Assembly (NCBI GenBank): GCA_040285825.1
Contig: JAUPSS010000005.1
Span: forward strand, 124,001 to 188,000
Direction of reading: 5' to 3'
DNA from: Eukaryota sp. TZLM1-RC
Taxonomy: Eukaryota > Protista > Metamonada: BaSk clade
Length of the DNA: 64,000 nucleotides
Notes under the pieces: model-generated
Database searches by the model: none
What the model was told of the DNA's origin: nothing
The model's input: only the letters and a program-made list of their open reading frames with translations
Position numbers and translations under genes: made by a program
In this document: piece by piece, positions 1 to 11,196 of the stretch
How positions within the stretch are numbered: position 1 is the stretch's first letter
Layout of the letters: every line of letters begins with the position of its first letter

Positions 1-1011
1 TTCCAATGGTATCATTCAATGGCAATATTCCAGAAAAAAATGTTTTAAATTTGAAGTACACTCTTCGAACATTACAGAAACGATTGACCGGAATGTATGA
101 AAAAGATCTTTATAATAATATATGCAGCTCGGCTGTTTTGAATCAAGATCTTCACTCATTGTTATTGGAAAAGGGTGTTTGTGAAAACAAGTCGTCAGAT
201 TCTTCGCTTTTTGTAACCATTGTACCACGAAGATTTGGATTGTGTGCCACTAATGAAGCATTTGTAACAAAAATGAGATTATATTTGAACATCCCCATTA
301 ACCAATCATTATCAAAAGAAAAATGTATTTGTTCGAATTCACCTCAACTCACTTTGCGTCATGCTCTGAATTGCTCTAAATTGATAACTTATGGTTCTTC
401 ATTACATGATGCTGTTAGAGACACTGTTTTCAATATGGCACAAACTGCAAGGATATCGTGTATCAAAGAGCCCCTGCTGAAGGAAACACTTTCTCTGAAT
501 AATTTTGGTTCTAATGATAGAGGTGATGTATACTGTGATTGGATTGATAATTCTGAAGCTATTGTTGACTTTGTCTGATGTAATGTTGCAAATGATACTT
601 TGGTTCACAGAAGAAAACTTAATCCTGTGGCTGCTCTGGATTTTAAAGCAAAAGAGAAACATAGAAAATATGATAAAGATATTGAAGAGGCAAATGTCGA
701 TAGAAATACACAGCTGGTTTTTATTGCTTTCCCATTTTCGATAAATGGAAGATTATCAGTTGAAGCAGAAACTTTTTTAGATGACTTCCAAAAAATGGTG
801 CAAGAAAAAACAATGAAAAGATTTGATATTTTTTATGGCGTTCACGTATTCAATTTGCCATTATTAATAGATTACCTCGGTTTTTCAATCGAATTAGAGA
901 AGCTTTAGCTAGACAGCAAGCAGATCAAGATTTTGTGGAGGAAATCTTGTTTCAATGATAGTCGTCCCATTAGTTATGAGTTAATTTAATTAAGTGTGCA
1001 AATTCAATAAA
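1..1011 (+). mobile_element. CRE-clade non-LTR retrotransposon, family A, 3' portion (zinc knuckle + restriction-like endonuclease), disrupted
   Basis: CIC..HALNC knuckle, HDAVRD, RGDV..D, K..KY, FSING RLE motifs; near-identical to 39826-40825; shared 3' UTR ending ...gtgcaaattcaataaata; frameshifts at ~575 and ~830. Confidence 0.85.
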
Positions 1012-1019
1012 TACATATT

Positions 1020-1530
1020 ATAATGGTACCAAAAAATGAAATAGCAATTGGGAGAAATTTGATGTTATTGCCCCTTGTTTCATTGAGATGTTGAAGAAGG
1101 GTTTCGTATTTGGATTTCTTGGAAAGTTCTGCAACATGGAGTAAATGTTTGTCAGAATTAAAACTTCTTTCTTTTTCTTATGGAGATACGGTAGTACAAT
1201 CGGTAATTAGTTCAGTTCCATCATAGCATTCACATTGAATATCACCTCGCTTTTTGCTCAAGCTACAAATTAATTCATCAAACAGAGATTCTAAACGAAC
1301 TGGTTGATGAGCACATTTCAACAGATCATAAATACAATCACGAACAGCATTGTGGAGAGTTGATCTTTTTTGAGTGAATTTAAAGCAGAAAACAATGTGT
1401 TCAAAAGGAGCATAAGCACCACATTTACATTTCGTATCTGATAAGCATTGAGGAGGAGTTAGATTAAGTTTAACTCCCATGACTGTCAAAAATTGAATAT
1501 CTAAAAGCAGTAATCCAAACATGATTTAAC
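1020..1530 (-). mobile_element. CRE-clade non-LTR remnant (RLE region)
   Basis: ORF 1178-1522: CKCG..HIVFC, HNAVRD, KRGDI motifs. Confidence 0.7.
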
Positions 1531-1854
1531 TAAATAACACTATCAAAATTTAGGTAAGGTTGATGTGACTTTCCTTGAGGATTTCAATGTAGCTGCAAAA
1601 AGATGAAATATTTGATACTTCTTGGTTTCTGTTATTGTTGTGGTCTGGGATACCTTTGCAAAATTTTGGAAATACAGTTAACCCTCTATATATGCACACA
1701 TTTTATGTCGACTCAAAATGTGCATTAAAGTTAATACAAATCACTAAATAATTAAACAGTTCACTTAGGTCCTTCAATACAAGAACTAATTGAAGATTTT
1801 TGAAAAAGTGTGCAATTATAAAGGGTTAACTGAAATTCCAAACAGTCTACAAAG

Positions 1855-3001
1855 GTGTAAAGCTGCCTTTATTGGAGGTGGAAAGAATTTTATTTATGAA
1901 TTTGTGAATCGTTTTCCTGAAAAAATTCATCTCATTGAAAATTGTGGCAGCTCTTATCTTATTTCTTTGCAACAGGAAATTGAAACTCTTTCACCCAATA
2001 TTTGGGCTAAATGTTTCCCCTCTGATATTGTGGAACTTCCTTCAAGAAGCTTGCTCTCCTTACCACTGACTTTTGCAAAATTGCAGAAAAAAATCTTGAA
2101 AGTTTTAGAAAACTTGGATTATATTGTACGTCTTAGCTTGCCTAAGGAAAAAAATCCCGTTTTTGCAAACTTTTTGATTGATCTTGAAGACAGTTGTTCA
2201 AGTTGCCTAATCTCCCAAATTCCCAACATTTATGGCCTTCTACTTAATGATCACCAATGGACCACTGCAATGAGAATGAGATATTTTCTATGGCCTTGTT
2301 CTTTACCAAATGATTTAATTTGTCGCTGCAAGAGTGTTGTTACGCTTTCCCATATTTTAAACTGTAAGTATTTTATAATTTATCGCTCAATTGTTCATGA
2401 CTCAGTTCGTGATCAATTATATGCCATGTGCAAAAGTTTCAATATAGAGGCATTTATTGAGCACCTAGTACGTAAGCTGTCTTCAGATCAAACTGATGAT
2501 TTTTTTGGTAAAAGAAGGGCAGATTTAGTAGCTCAAGGGATCGATGGTGTTCTCAATGTTGTAGATGTTGTCTCAGTTGATGTTTGCAAAAATTCTGCTG
2601 CTCGTTTAGTGTATTCCGCTGATTCGCCGTTATCTAATGCCGAAAAAAAGAAGATAAAAAAATATGAAGAACCTTTGGCACAGTTAGGTAGAGTGGAACA
2701 TGTGAAATATCAATTTGTGCCGTTTGCAATTTCTCTTTTTGGCAATATTGGACCTTCAGGGTTGCACTTTTTGGAAAATTTTAAAAAAGTGTTACTGAAT
2801 AGGTCTGGTAAAACAATGAACTCCACTTTCTGGTTAAATAGAATTGTTTTTTGCATTTTCAAGTCTATTCCTACAATGATTTCAAAGGCACTTTTAGCTA
2901 TCGGTGTAGAATATGAACGTAATGCTGTGAGTAGGTTCAGTAATAGTGACGCTTGTTTGGAGGATATTGAATTCTAGATGGTTATTTTTATCTCAATAAA
3001 T
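1855..3001 (+). mobile_element. CRE-clade non-LTR retrotransposon, family B-like, 5'-truncated
   Basis: ORF 1790-2977: AFIGGGKNF, CRC..HILNC, HDSVRDQL, RADL, K..KY, FAISLFG; homologous to 41341-42775; AATAAA at 2996. Confidence 0.85.
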
Positions 3002-3062
3002 ATTAGTTCTGAAATAAAGGTGTAAAGATACCAAAATAGTTTTTGAAAAAGCAACAATGGAT

Positions 3063-3136
3063 AAAAACTCCATCCCTCTACATTGGTGTAAAAAAGACAC
3101 TTATATCATTGTTATAGACATCATCTGTAAGAATGG
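3063..3136 (+). promoter_or_regulatory. 74-bp upstream cassette shared with the PH-domain gene (36456-36529, minus strand)
   Basis: Ungapped 67/74 identity; last 31 nt identical, ending in ATGG at both start codons. Confidence 0.7.
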
Positions 3137-4146
3137 ACACATTAACTAAACTCAATGACGCACTTGAGCGAACACCCCGCATAGCCTTCTTCTGTGATCC
3201 TCTACACACTCTTTCAGTTACTGATACTACCCTAGCCTTGATGAAAGCATTTCATACACATGGTTATGAAGTTTATGTCTTTCATAAGGATGAACTTTTT
3301 GTTTCACCCTCTCATCGTGCCGTTTGCTGCTCAACAAAGCAGATAGTGGTAACAAGTGATCCTTCTAATATGTATTCATTTGTTTCTGATCGTACCACCT
3401 ATCCACTCACTTATTTTGATATCATATTCATAAGAACAATGCCTCCAGTAGATGCTGGTTACCTTCATGACCTTCAACTCTTATCCTTAGCGAAGCAACA
3501 GGGATGTTTCGTTGTAAATGACCCTGATTCAATGTTGAGAAATAACGAAAAGCTTTCGGTGTTGAAGTTTCCAGAGCTATCTTTACCCACAATAGTGAGT
3601 AGAAACAAGGCTGAATTACTTGAATTTTTTTCCAAATATTCAAATAGATCAATCATATTGAAACCAGTGGATTTATTCGGTGGAAGTGGAGTTTTCTTGT
3701 TAAAGGAAAATGATCCAAATGTGGAGGTTGTTATAGACTTACTTTCTAACAATGGAATCAACTTTATTGTAGGACAGCCATTCGAAGAAAAAGTGAAAAC
3801 TTTAGGCGATACTAGAATTTTACTTATCAATGGCAAGATTTTTCCTTTTGCACTCCAACGCTTACCACCCCAAGGGTCAATAAGGTCTAACATTGCTTGT
3901 GGTGGTAAGGGTGGATTGGTTGAGTTGAGTGAAGAAGAAAAGCAAGTAGCGGAAGAAGTTAGGGCATGGACGAAGGAAGAAGGGCTTTTGTTTGTTGGGA
4001 TTGATGTGATTGGTGGGAAACTCTCTGAACTAAATAACACGTGTCCATATTTTCCGATTAAAAAATGTGAAGATGAATTAAAATCAAATATTTCAAAGTT
4101 TATTGTGGAAGAATTTAGCAAAGAATTAATCAAAAGAATTATTTAA
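3133..4146 (+). CDS. gshB: Bacterial-type glutathione synthetase (ATP-grasp)
   Basis: DP..DTT, D.IFIR..PP, VVNDP..L..NEKL, IILKP..GG.GVF, GD.RILLING, RSNI..GG.G, GL.FVGIDVIG..L.E.N.T.P match the prokaryotic GshB pattern. Confidence 0.85.
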   Translation: MDTLTKLNDALERTPRIAFFCDPLHTLSVTDTTLALMKAFHTHGYEVYVFHKDELFVSPSHRAVCCSTKQIVVTSDPSNMYSFVSDRTTYPLTYFDIIFIRTMPPVDAGYLHDLQLLSLAKQQGCFVVNDPDSMLRNNEKLSVLKFPELSLPTIVSRNKAELLEFFSKYSNRSIILKPVDLFGGSGVFLLKENDPNVEVVIDLLSNNGINFIVGQPFEEKVKTLGDTRILLINGKIFPFALQRLPPQGSIRSNIACGGKGGLVELSEEEKQVAEEVRAWTKEEGLLFVGIDVIGGKLSELNNTCPYFPIKKCEDELKSNISKFIVEEFSKELIKRII

Positions 4147-4294
4147 AAGGTAATATTTAAATAGTTTCTTTAATCAAAAAAGAATCTATTTTTTTGGGTG
4201 TTCTTCAATATTGAATAATTTATTAATAAATAAAAGACAAATAATAATACAATTTACAAATAAAAATAATAATCCGGGAAAAAACATGTACAAA

Positions 4295-7189
4295 TTACAG
4301 AAATCTATTACAATCGAGACTTCTTTTCAGTTTCAATGCAACTTCTTGAACGACAATGGCCTTTTCAGTTAACAGAACCTTGCAAACAGCATCATAAAAT
4401 CCACTATTTAATAATTCTTTTGGTCTGCGATGATCTCTATAGATTGCAGTAAATAGCTTCATAATAACCAAGGTGAGGTTTGCCTCCGAATCTTCCAATA
4501 AGGCGAGCAAAATATTATTCAAACCACTGTCCGATAGCCTCCTACACAAAGTAGCTGATGCATTACAGATACGAAGAAGGGAATCTAAAACTAGTGAAGT
4601 TGAGTTTAGTTGAAAGCTTTCCACTAATACCGAAAGAAGGTTATTGACATTTTCAGACAACAAAGGTTGCAAATGTTTAGGTTCTTGCGATACCCAAATA
4701 GATAGCGCATCTAAAGCTTGAACCGCCCAAACGGGTTCGTCTAATAGTTTAATTAATTGTTCTGCAGCTCCAACTTCTCTTATTTTCAACAACACTCCTT
4801 TTCCACATCTGGCTAGGTCACAAAGTAGAGGAATGGCAAAGTGTTTGAGAGCGGGATTGGCTGAACTACTAGAGATAAAGTTCACCAAAAAGGGCGCGAG
4901 ACCAGCGGCAGCAGCATCAGCTTGGCGGTAAGGGTTGTATTTGCAAAGGTTGAACAGAGCATTTAAGACTTGATTGTGGCGTTCACGTATGATGACGTCA
5001 TCATGATGTGAATGATCATGATTGATTGACTGCCCAGAACTTCCTAGTAATTGGACAAGAACTTTAATGGTATTTACAGATTGTAAAGTCGCCAAAGTAT
5101 CAGGATCAAGCGACATTAATTTAATACAAGATAATAAGCGATTCTGCAACTGAGGTTCCAAGTACTCAATGGAATCTAACCAATATTTAATCAACTCTTC
5201 ATTAGCAACTCTTACGACCACAGCGTGACCAGCATGGCAAAAAACATCAAAAATGTTGATCAAAGAGGTGACCAACGTTAAAGAGTGGTTACTCCCAACT
5301 TGGTGAGAAAAAGACCTTTTAGAATGATCATAGAGAATTTTCCCTAATAGGATGGGTGTATTTGATGATGTCAATAACCTGCAATATTCGAATCTGGGGG
5401 AAAACATAACAGTGTTGGTTACTAATTCATGAAGGTAAGCGCTTGAATCTGAAGGTTCTAGAAGTGCTGAAATGACAGTGACAGCAGCACTCACCAAGTC
5501 GTCCTCATTGCCCTTGTCTTTATTAATTGTAGGTTTTAATAAATTCCCCAAGGCTGAAAGACCATCAGCAGCAACGAACATGTGCAGGGGAGCTGAATCA
5601 CGACCACACAAGAGCTTTATGAAACAAGCAGCCTGTTTTCGTAATGAAAACTCGTTGCTGGGCGAGCAAAATGAAATTATTGCTGGAATTGCTCCCAGTA
5701 AGCAAAAAGAACGTAATAAAGCGGCTGAATTGGTGGAAACTGTTATAATTAACTTTAAAGAAGCTACCATCAAAGCCACACAAGCGTTTTTTGAATAACT
5801 TGACCTTTGTATTAGTGAGAGAAGAGGGACCAATCCATGATGCGAGACCAACACCCTTGATAGTTCTTGCTCGGTGTGATCAGTAAACAAATGATCAAGC
5901 TTATTGATAGTTGATATTAAATCTTTTTCATTATCTTCTAGATAACTGGAATGGTTTAAACTTGAATTAAGTGACTGCACCAACGAAATAACTTTTCTCT
6001 TCAGCAAATTAATACTTGAATGAGGGAAAAAAGAAGGCGAAGCTTGGTCATCATTGCTCTCATCTGAACTAAATTCAAGCTCAACAGAATCGTTCTGTCT
6101 TTGGTGATGGGCCAACGTAGCTTCTAAAGCGTTGGAAAGTTCAATTCCTTCTTCTTCTTCTGATTCCAAACCAATGTCTAACTGAAGATCATCAAGATCG
6201 TCTTCAGCGAAGGAGGCAAGCATTGTTTGATGGGTCTTGAGTGGAACTGATTGGGTAAGTTTTTGAGCGGTCGAAAGGGATATGTGACCCATCGTTTGAT
6301 TGGAACTGGTTACATTAAGCTCTAGATCAGAAAAGTCTGAGAAATCATCTCCATTTCTATTATTATACTTCTCCACCACATTGACGTTCAACGGTTCTTC
6401 CTCGACACCCGTACAAGGAGGAAAGTCTTTGAGCCAAGGATGAGTTCTAAGTTTACTTGCTGAGGGTCGTTCTCTGGGATCTTTCTTGAAACATTGGTTG
6501 AGAAAGTCAGTAAGTTCAGGGGAAATATCGGTGGGTAAAGGTGGACTGGGGTCTGTCACAATCCTAAAAAGAGCAGCCATTGGGGCCATGTGCCCGTATG
6601 GAGGGTTTCCTTTAAGAATCTCAATCACGGTACACCCCAAGGCCCAAATGTCTGATTGGGCACACGCTCCTGCCTGCTCTATAACCTCAGGGGGCATCCA
6701 GAAAGGTGTTCCGACGACTGACTCGGCTCTGAGGGTTCCGTCAACAAGAGCAGAGACTCCAAAGTCAGCAAGTTTGACTTTACCTTCGTGGTTCATCAGA
6801 ATGTTGGCTGATTTGATGTCTCTGTGGATTACGGCTTGTTCATGGAGATAGATGAGACCGTCAAGGACCTGGGCGATGCAGTGAGCAGCTGTGTTTTCGG
6901 GAAACACGCCATACTTGGAGATGACATGTCTAACAGAAGAGTCACACCATTCAATAACAATGTAGAGGTTTTCTGGGGTTTGAATGAAATCATAGTAAGA
7001 AACAACGTGTGGGGAATGCAGCTTCTTGAGAACTTCAATTTCAATCATTACTTCATTGGAAACATTGTGAGGAGACTCTTTGACAGCAACCATACGGTTC
7101 TTGAGACGGTCATGGGCTTTATAAACAGCTCCAAATGCTCCAGACCCGACTTTGTCCCCTAGGACATAATGATTTCCAATGATAACCAT
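4295..7189 (-). CDS. Cdc15/SepH/MAP3K-epsilon-like Ser/Thr kinase with C-terminal ARM repeats
   Basis: GSGAFG, VAVK, HRDIKSAN, DFG, GTPFWMPPE; long helical ARM-like tail (RQ..AA.AG, LK.FA.P.LCD). Confidence 0.85.
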   Translation of the reverse strand: MVIIGNHYVLGDKVGSGAFGAVYKAHDRLKNRMVAVKESPHNVSNEVMIEIEVLKKLHSPHVVSYYDFIQTPENLYIVIEWCDSSVRHVISKYGVFPENTAAHCIAQVLDGLIYLHEQAVIHRDIKSANILMNHEGKVKLADFGVSALVDGTLRAESVVGTPFWMPPEVIEQAGACAQSDIWALGCTVIEILKGNPPYGHMAPMAALFRIVTDPSPPLPTDISPELTDFLNQCFKKDPRERPSASKLRTHPWLKDFPPCTGVEEEPLNVNVVEKYNNRNGDDFSDFSDLELNVTSSNQTMGHISLSTAQKLTQSVPLKTHQTMLASFAEDDLDDLQLDIGLESEEEEGIELSNALEATLAHHQRQNDSVELEFSSDESNDDQASPSFFPHSSINLLKRKVISLVQSLNSSLNHSSYLEDNEKDLISTINKLDHLFTDHTEQELSRVLVSHHGLVPLLSLIQRSSYSKNACVALMVASLKLIITVSTNSAALLRSFCLLGAIPAIISFCSPSNEFSLRKQAACFIKLLCGRDSAPLHMFVAADGLSALGNLLKPTINKDKGNEDDLVSAAVTVISALLEPSDSSAYLHELVTNTVMFSPRFEYCRLLTSSNTPILLGKILYDHSKRSFSHQVGSNHSLTLVTSLINIFDVFCHAGHAVVVRVANEELIKYWLDSIEYLEPQLQNRLLSCIKLMSLDPDTLATLQSVNTIKVLVQLLGSSGQSINHDHSHHDDVIIRERHNQVLNALFNLCKYNPYRQADAAAAGLAPFLVNFISSSSANPALKHFAIPLLCDLARCGKGVLLKIREVGAAEQLIKLLDEPVWAVQALDALSIWVSQEPKHLQPLLSENVNNLLSVLVESFQLNSTSLVLDSLLRICNASATLCRRLSDSGLNNILLALLEDSEANLTLVIMKLFTAIYRDHRRPKELLNSGFYDAVCKVLLTEKAIVVQEVALKLKRSLDCNRFL

Positions 7190-7550
7190 TGAATGAAAAG
7201 AAGAATCAAGGATATTATAGGGTGTTTGTGTGGTGAGAGACAGGGGGTTGTGTAATTAAACTAATCATTGTTGGATTCTTTTTTAGCAAATATCGTATAA
7301 CGTAATGTCGTATGATCCCAGTACCAGAAGCTATTGCTCGGTTCTTGCAACAGGATCTGTCTGTGTTAGGGTATCTACAATATTCCATGCAATGTCATAT
7401 GTTGATGTTTATGCTGTTCTGAATTAGTTGTTCCGTTACTATGTTTATCATTCATAAGAAATTGCATAATAAACAATCCATTTGAGGTTTACATTTACAC
7501 ATTAATGTGCAAAATAGAAACAAAAAGTCAATTAAATCATCAAAACCAAT

Positions 7551-10325
7551 TTATTCACAGACTTCACTATTCAATTGATCTCCTTTCAAGCCGCATTTCA
7601 AATCAAAAACAGTGAAGAGTAACGCAAGTGTAAGAGAAACTGCAACCATGATTACAGTCAATGTGAATTGAGTTTCAAAACAATTATTTCTACCATATAG
7701 CCATACAACCAAACCAAAAGAGAGACGAACTAAAAGGGACAAAACAAAGAAAACAAAAAGAATGAATCTAATGGTCAATAAAGACAGAATAGTACTAGCA
7801 ATACGAGTGATTTGGCCATTTGCAAGACCTTGATGAGAGTCTTGCGGAAGTGTGGTATCGACAGTTTTGAAAAAATCAAAAAATATAAATGAAATAACGA
7901 AAGTGGAATAAAATTTTCCAAAAGCCATACACGTGGCACTAAATCCTGGATAAATGTTATCGCTTGTAATTCCAGCCCTTCCTGGAGCAGGGCGGACTGA
8001 TAGAGAAACCATATCTGACTGTAAAGTTGTTAGGTCAGAGAGAATCAAGAACACAGTAAAAATGACAACCACAACAATAACAAATTGCCTTGAAACACCA
8101 TCTGCTGTGTTGATGCCTAAAGGACTATTTGAAAGGGAAGAAGGAGTAGCACTGCCTATTGGTTCCGGGGAGAGAGAACAAGCCATGTGATCATAGAGGG
8201 GAATCAGAATAAAAACCTTAGACATCATTAACAAAATGGAAAACCTCATCACTGGTATATGAATTGAAAGAAAAACAACAACTAACATTAACACAATTCC
8301 TAAATGTCTTGGTTTAAATGCAATTTTTTGAGCCATTATTCCAAATAAAAAAAAGAAGAGCAAGTAAACTGGTATTACTTTAGGATTAAAACCATTTGAA
8401 AGAAACGATTGGGAAGATAATTCATGAAAAAGACCCAAGATAAGAATTAAAACAACCAAGCTGTTGATATATTTACCAATTCTAGGGGAAAAAACCTCTT
8501 GCCACTTTAGATACAACAAAACTAATCCGGCAGCAAAAGAAAAGAGAACAACTCTTCCGAGAAATGACTGAGCAAAAGAATCTAATTGATCAGATGTGGA
8601 ATCAATTAAAATGGGAAAAACCAAACCTAAAACATGATTTAAAATTAACAGAGAAACTACTTTTGGATGTGAATTAAAAGTTGAAATTAAAACTATTGAG
8701 GATAGAGTTAAAAAAGCAGTTGAAATAATATGAGGTTCAGGGGTTGAGTAACCAAGAACAATTGCCAGAAAAAAATAAGAATTCAAAACAAAAATGCAAC
8801 CCCAATCAATAAATCTCTTGACTCCAGAAAAATAAAGAATGAGACAAAGAATTGATAGAGAAATTAGTAATAGAAACAAATTAACAAAAGGAAATCCCCT
8901 CAGGGTCATTAACTTGGAAGAAAAGTCATGGTTGAATTGGTTGAGATCTTGGTTAAAATCACTCCAGCTCTGATCAATAACGTCATCAGTGTCAAACTGA
9001 CTGGCAATAGACAAGAATTCTGACCCTTTACCAAGAAACTCCTTGACCTTGACTCTATCTCCACCGGAAACTAACCCCCTGTCAACTCCAACCCGGAAAT
9101 TCTGAACTAGATTAAGCAATCTAAACCTAATTTCGTAAACCAAATTCTTTACCAAAGGCTGACCTACCCCAATACTGGAATAAGGTATGTCAATGCCCAT
9201 TAAAATACTCCAGGTAAAGCTCTTGTCAACCGTCTCAATCCATCTCTCTCCACAGCCATACAGAATTCCTTGACATTTGTTACCTTGATTGAGGACAGTA
9301 GAATTGAGTAGAGGTGACCAAAACAGATAAATACCACTGTTACCATTGTCACTATAACCATGAAGAACCTCGGCAAACTTACCACCATCAACACCATGGT
9401 CTGAGGAGATAACCAAAAAGTACTCAGGATTTTTTACTATCCACTCCTCAATTCTCTTCATGTCTCTAGTGACAGTATTGGAGATTTCCCATTTGAAAGT
9501 AGTATTTCTACTGTGAGCAACGTGATCAAAAATTCCTGAATGAGCTATTAATGATTCTCCTTTTGATTTAAGGTCGTCAAGGAAAGCTGACATGTTGTCA
9601 GTGATCTCTTTATCCATTGGCGATCCCTTCTCTGGAGGCAGTCGCTCAAAATCTTCTGTTGATGGATTACTGATTGACAATGGTTTAAAAATTAAGGGAA
9701 AGTTGTGTGAAAACTTAATGGAGTGTGATTCATCAACCTTTTCAATCGTGCTGAACAGTTTTTTGTAGTTATTAGCTCCGTGGATCGCCAAAAGACTCCA
9801 TTCAGGACCATGATACCTTACTTTACCCCCACTTCTGACATATGAATAGACAAAGTTATCATTGGTGATTGGTCGACCGGCAAAGTTACCAAGGGGGTTT
9901 CCCGTAAGCAAAGACGTGTAGATAGCATGAGAATATTTGAGAGTGGGTACATTTAGCAGAAAAGTATTGCCAGGAATTCCAAAATCTTCAATAGTGTCTG
10001 CACTATGTGTTCTGCTCCACCCATCAACCACCCACCACAAGAACTTTGGGAACTTGGGCAGTGGGGTCTGGTAGGTGTAGGTGTAATTGTTGAAAGAGGG
10101 AGCAAGGTTGCACAGATCGGAAGGAAGAAGATCGGGAGAGAGCTTGAGATCAGACGCGAGAGCCTCTCGGTCTTGTTCGTATGAACTACAGAGTGTGGAG
10201 GTGGTTGTCGGTAATTTGGCACCGGTGATGAAAAACACAATATCCGTGAATAGAAGTAAACCAAAAAACAGGGCAAAAGAAGCGGAGATGATCAGAGGCG
10301 TAGTGAGGAACTGTGGACGCTGCAT
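7551..10325 (-). CDS. GPI ethanolamine-phosphate transferase-like (PIG-G/O/N family) multipass membrane protein
   Basis: N-terminal TM, alkaline-phosphatase-like lumenal domain (VVDG, DHVAH, SSDHG), many C-terminal TM helices. Confidence 0.6.
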   Translation of the reverse strand: MQRPQFLTTPLIISASFALFFGLLLFTDIVFFITGAKLPTTTSTLCSSYEQDREALASDLKLSPDLLPSDLCNLAPSFNNYTYTYQTPLPKFPKFLWWVVDGWSRTHSADTIEDFGIPGNTFLLNVPTLKYSHAIYTSLLTGNPLGNFAGRPITNDNFVYSYVRSGGKVRYHGPEWSLLAIHGANNYKKLFSTIEKVDESHSIKFSHNFPLIFKPLSISNPSTEDFERLPPEKGSPMDKEITDNMSAFLDDLKSKGESLIAHSGIFDHVAHSRNTTFKWEISNTVTRDMKRIEEWIVKNPEYFLVISSDHGVDGGKFAEVLHGYSDNGNSGIYLFWSPLLNSTVLNQGNKCQGILYGCGERWIETVDKSFTWSILMGIDIPYSSIGVGQPLVKNLVYEIRFRLLNLVQNFRVGVDRGLVSGGDRVKVKEFLGKGSEFLSIASQFDTDDVIDQSWSDFNQDLNQFNHDFSSKLMTLRGFPFVNLFLLLISLSILCLILYFSGVKRFIDWGCIFVLNSYFFLAIVLGYSTPEPHIISTAFLTLSSIVLISTFNSHPKVVSLLILNHVLGLVFPILIDSTSDQLDSFAQSFLGRVVLFSFAAGLVLLYLKWQEVFSPRIGKYINSLVVLILILGLFHELSSQSFLSNGFNPKVIPVYLLFFFLFGIMAQKIAFKPRHLGIVLMLVVVFLSIHIPVMRFSILLMMSKVFILIPLYDHMACSLSPEPIGSATPSSLSNSPLGINTADGVSRQFVIVVVVIFTVFLILSDLTTLQSDMVSLSVRPAPGRAGITSDNIYPGFSATCMAFGKFYSTFVISFIFFDFFKTVDTTLPQDSHQGLANGQITRIASTILSLLTIRFILFVFFVLSLLVRLSFGLVVWLYGRNNCFETQFTLTVIMVAVSLTLALLFTVFDLKCGLKGDQLNSEVCE

Positions 10326-11196
10326 CAAGATTGGAAGAACTATTGTCCATTGTAAGATATCTTCTTTTCAATATATAGATGATGGCGTATTTGTAGATTC
10401 TTTATGTGAAGAACTCCACATTTGGTATATAGATGTGATGATCGTGTTGCATTCAAAAATATCAGTATATTATAAATGAATATATTTGTCAATGCCATGT
10501 ATTCAAGAGCATCTGCTTATATTGAAGCATGACAAAGGAAGAAGCAACAGTGATGAAAACTGTTGTTGTATTTGTGGATACATGTTCTCATTATTGCTAA
10601 AACTGAGAAAACAATTTTAACAATTTAATAGCACCCTAAGCCCAAGATAGGATATTCAAAGAACAATTGACACATTCATGGAGTGTAAAATAATCTTCAA
10701 TGAATAATGTCGTGTTTAACTCGGAAAATATGAATGCTGATCATCATTGGCTGTCCATGTTTGATTGATCTACCACCTAGAATTATTTAGGTTGTAACTT
10801 TCAATTAAATTTATTTGAATTAAATGTATTACCTATCTTTTAACAATCTTGACCAATGAATTATTGTTCAAAGAAGCCTAATAAATAGATGCTGATAGTT
10901 GTAAATACTGAGGAAAAGATTACTCATTTTAGAATCCACAAACCATCTGAAAACCATCCGTACATAACTGGCATTTCACACTCTTCCATGCTAAAGAATC
11001 TTACATATGGTTGTTTGATAAGGTGGAGTAATTGAACACCATTGATGCTAACTGTGAAGTGTTGCAAGCTCAGTATTTCACTTTGATTATTTGTTAGAAA
11101 AGTAGTTTGTTTTTGTTATTAATACAACGCATTTGAAATAAAGTTCTTTTTTAATTATTTGATATAAATTAAGACAGTTTATTTACAAATTATTTT

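Noticed and set aside
5472-7162. Antisense ORFs inside the kinase, and similar ones inside SPAG6, the ATPase and pol
   Set aside because: Shadow ORFs of real genes on the opposite strand
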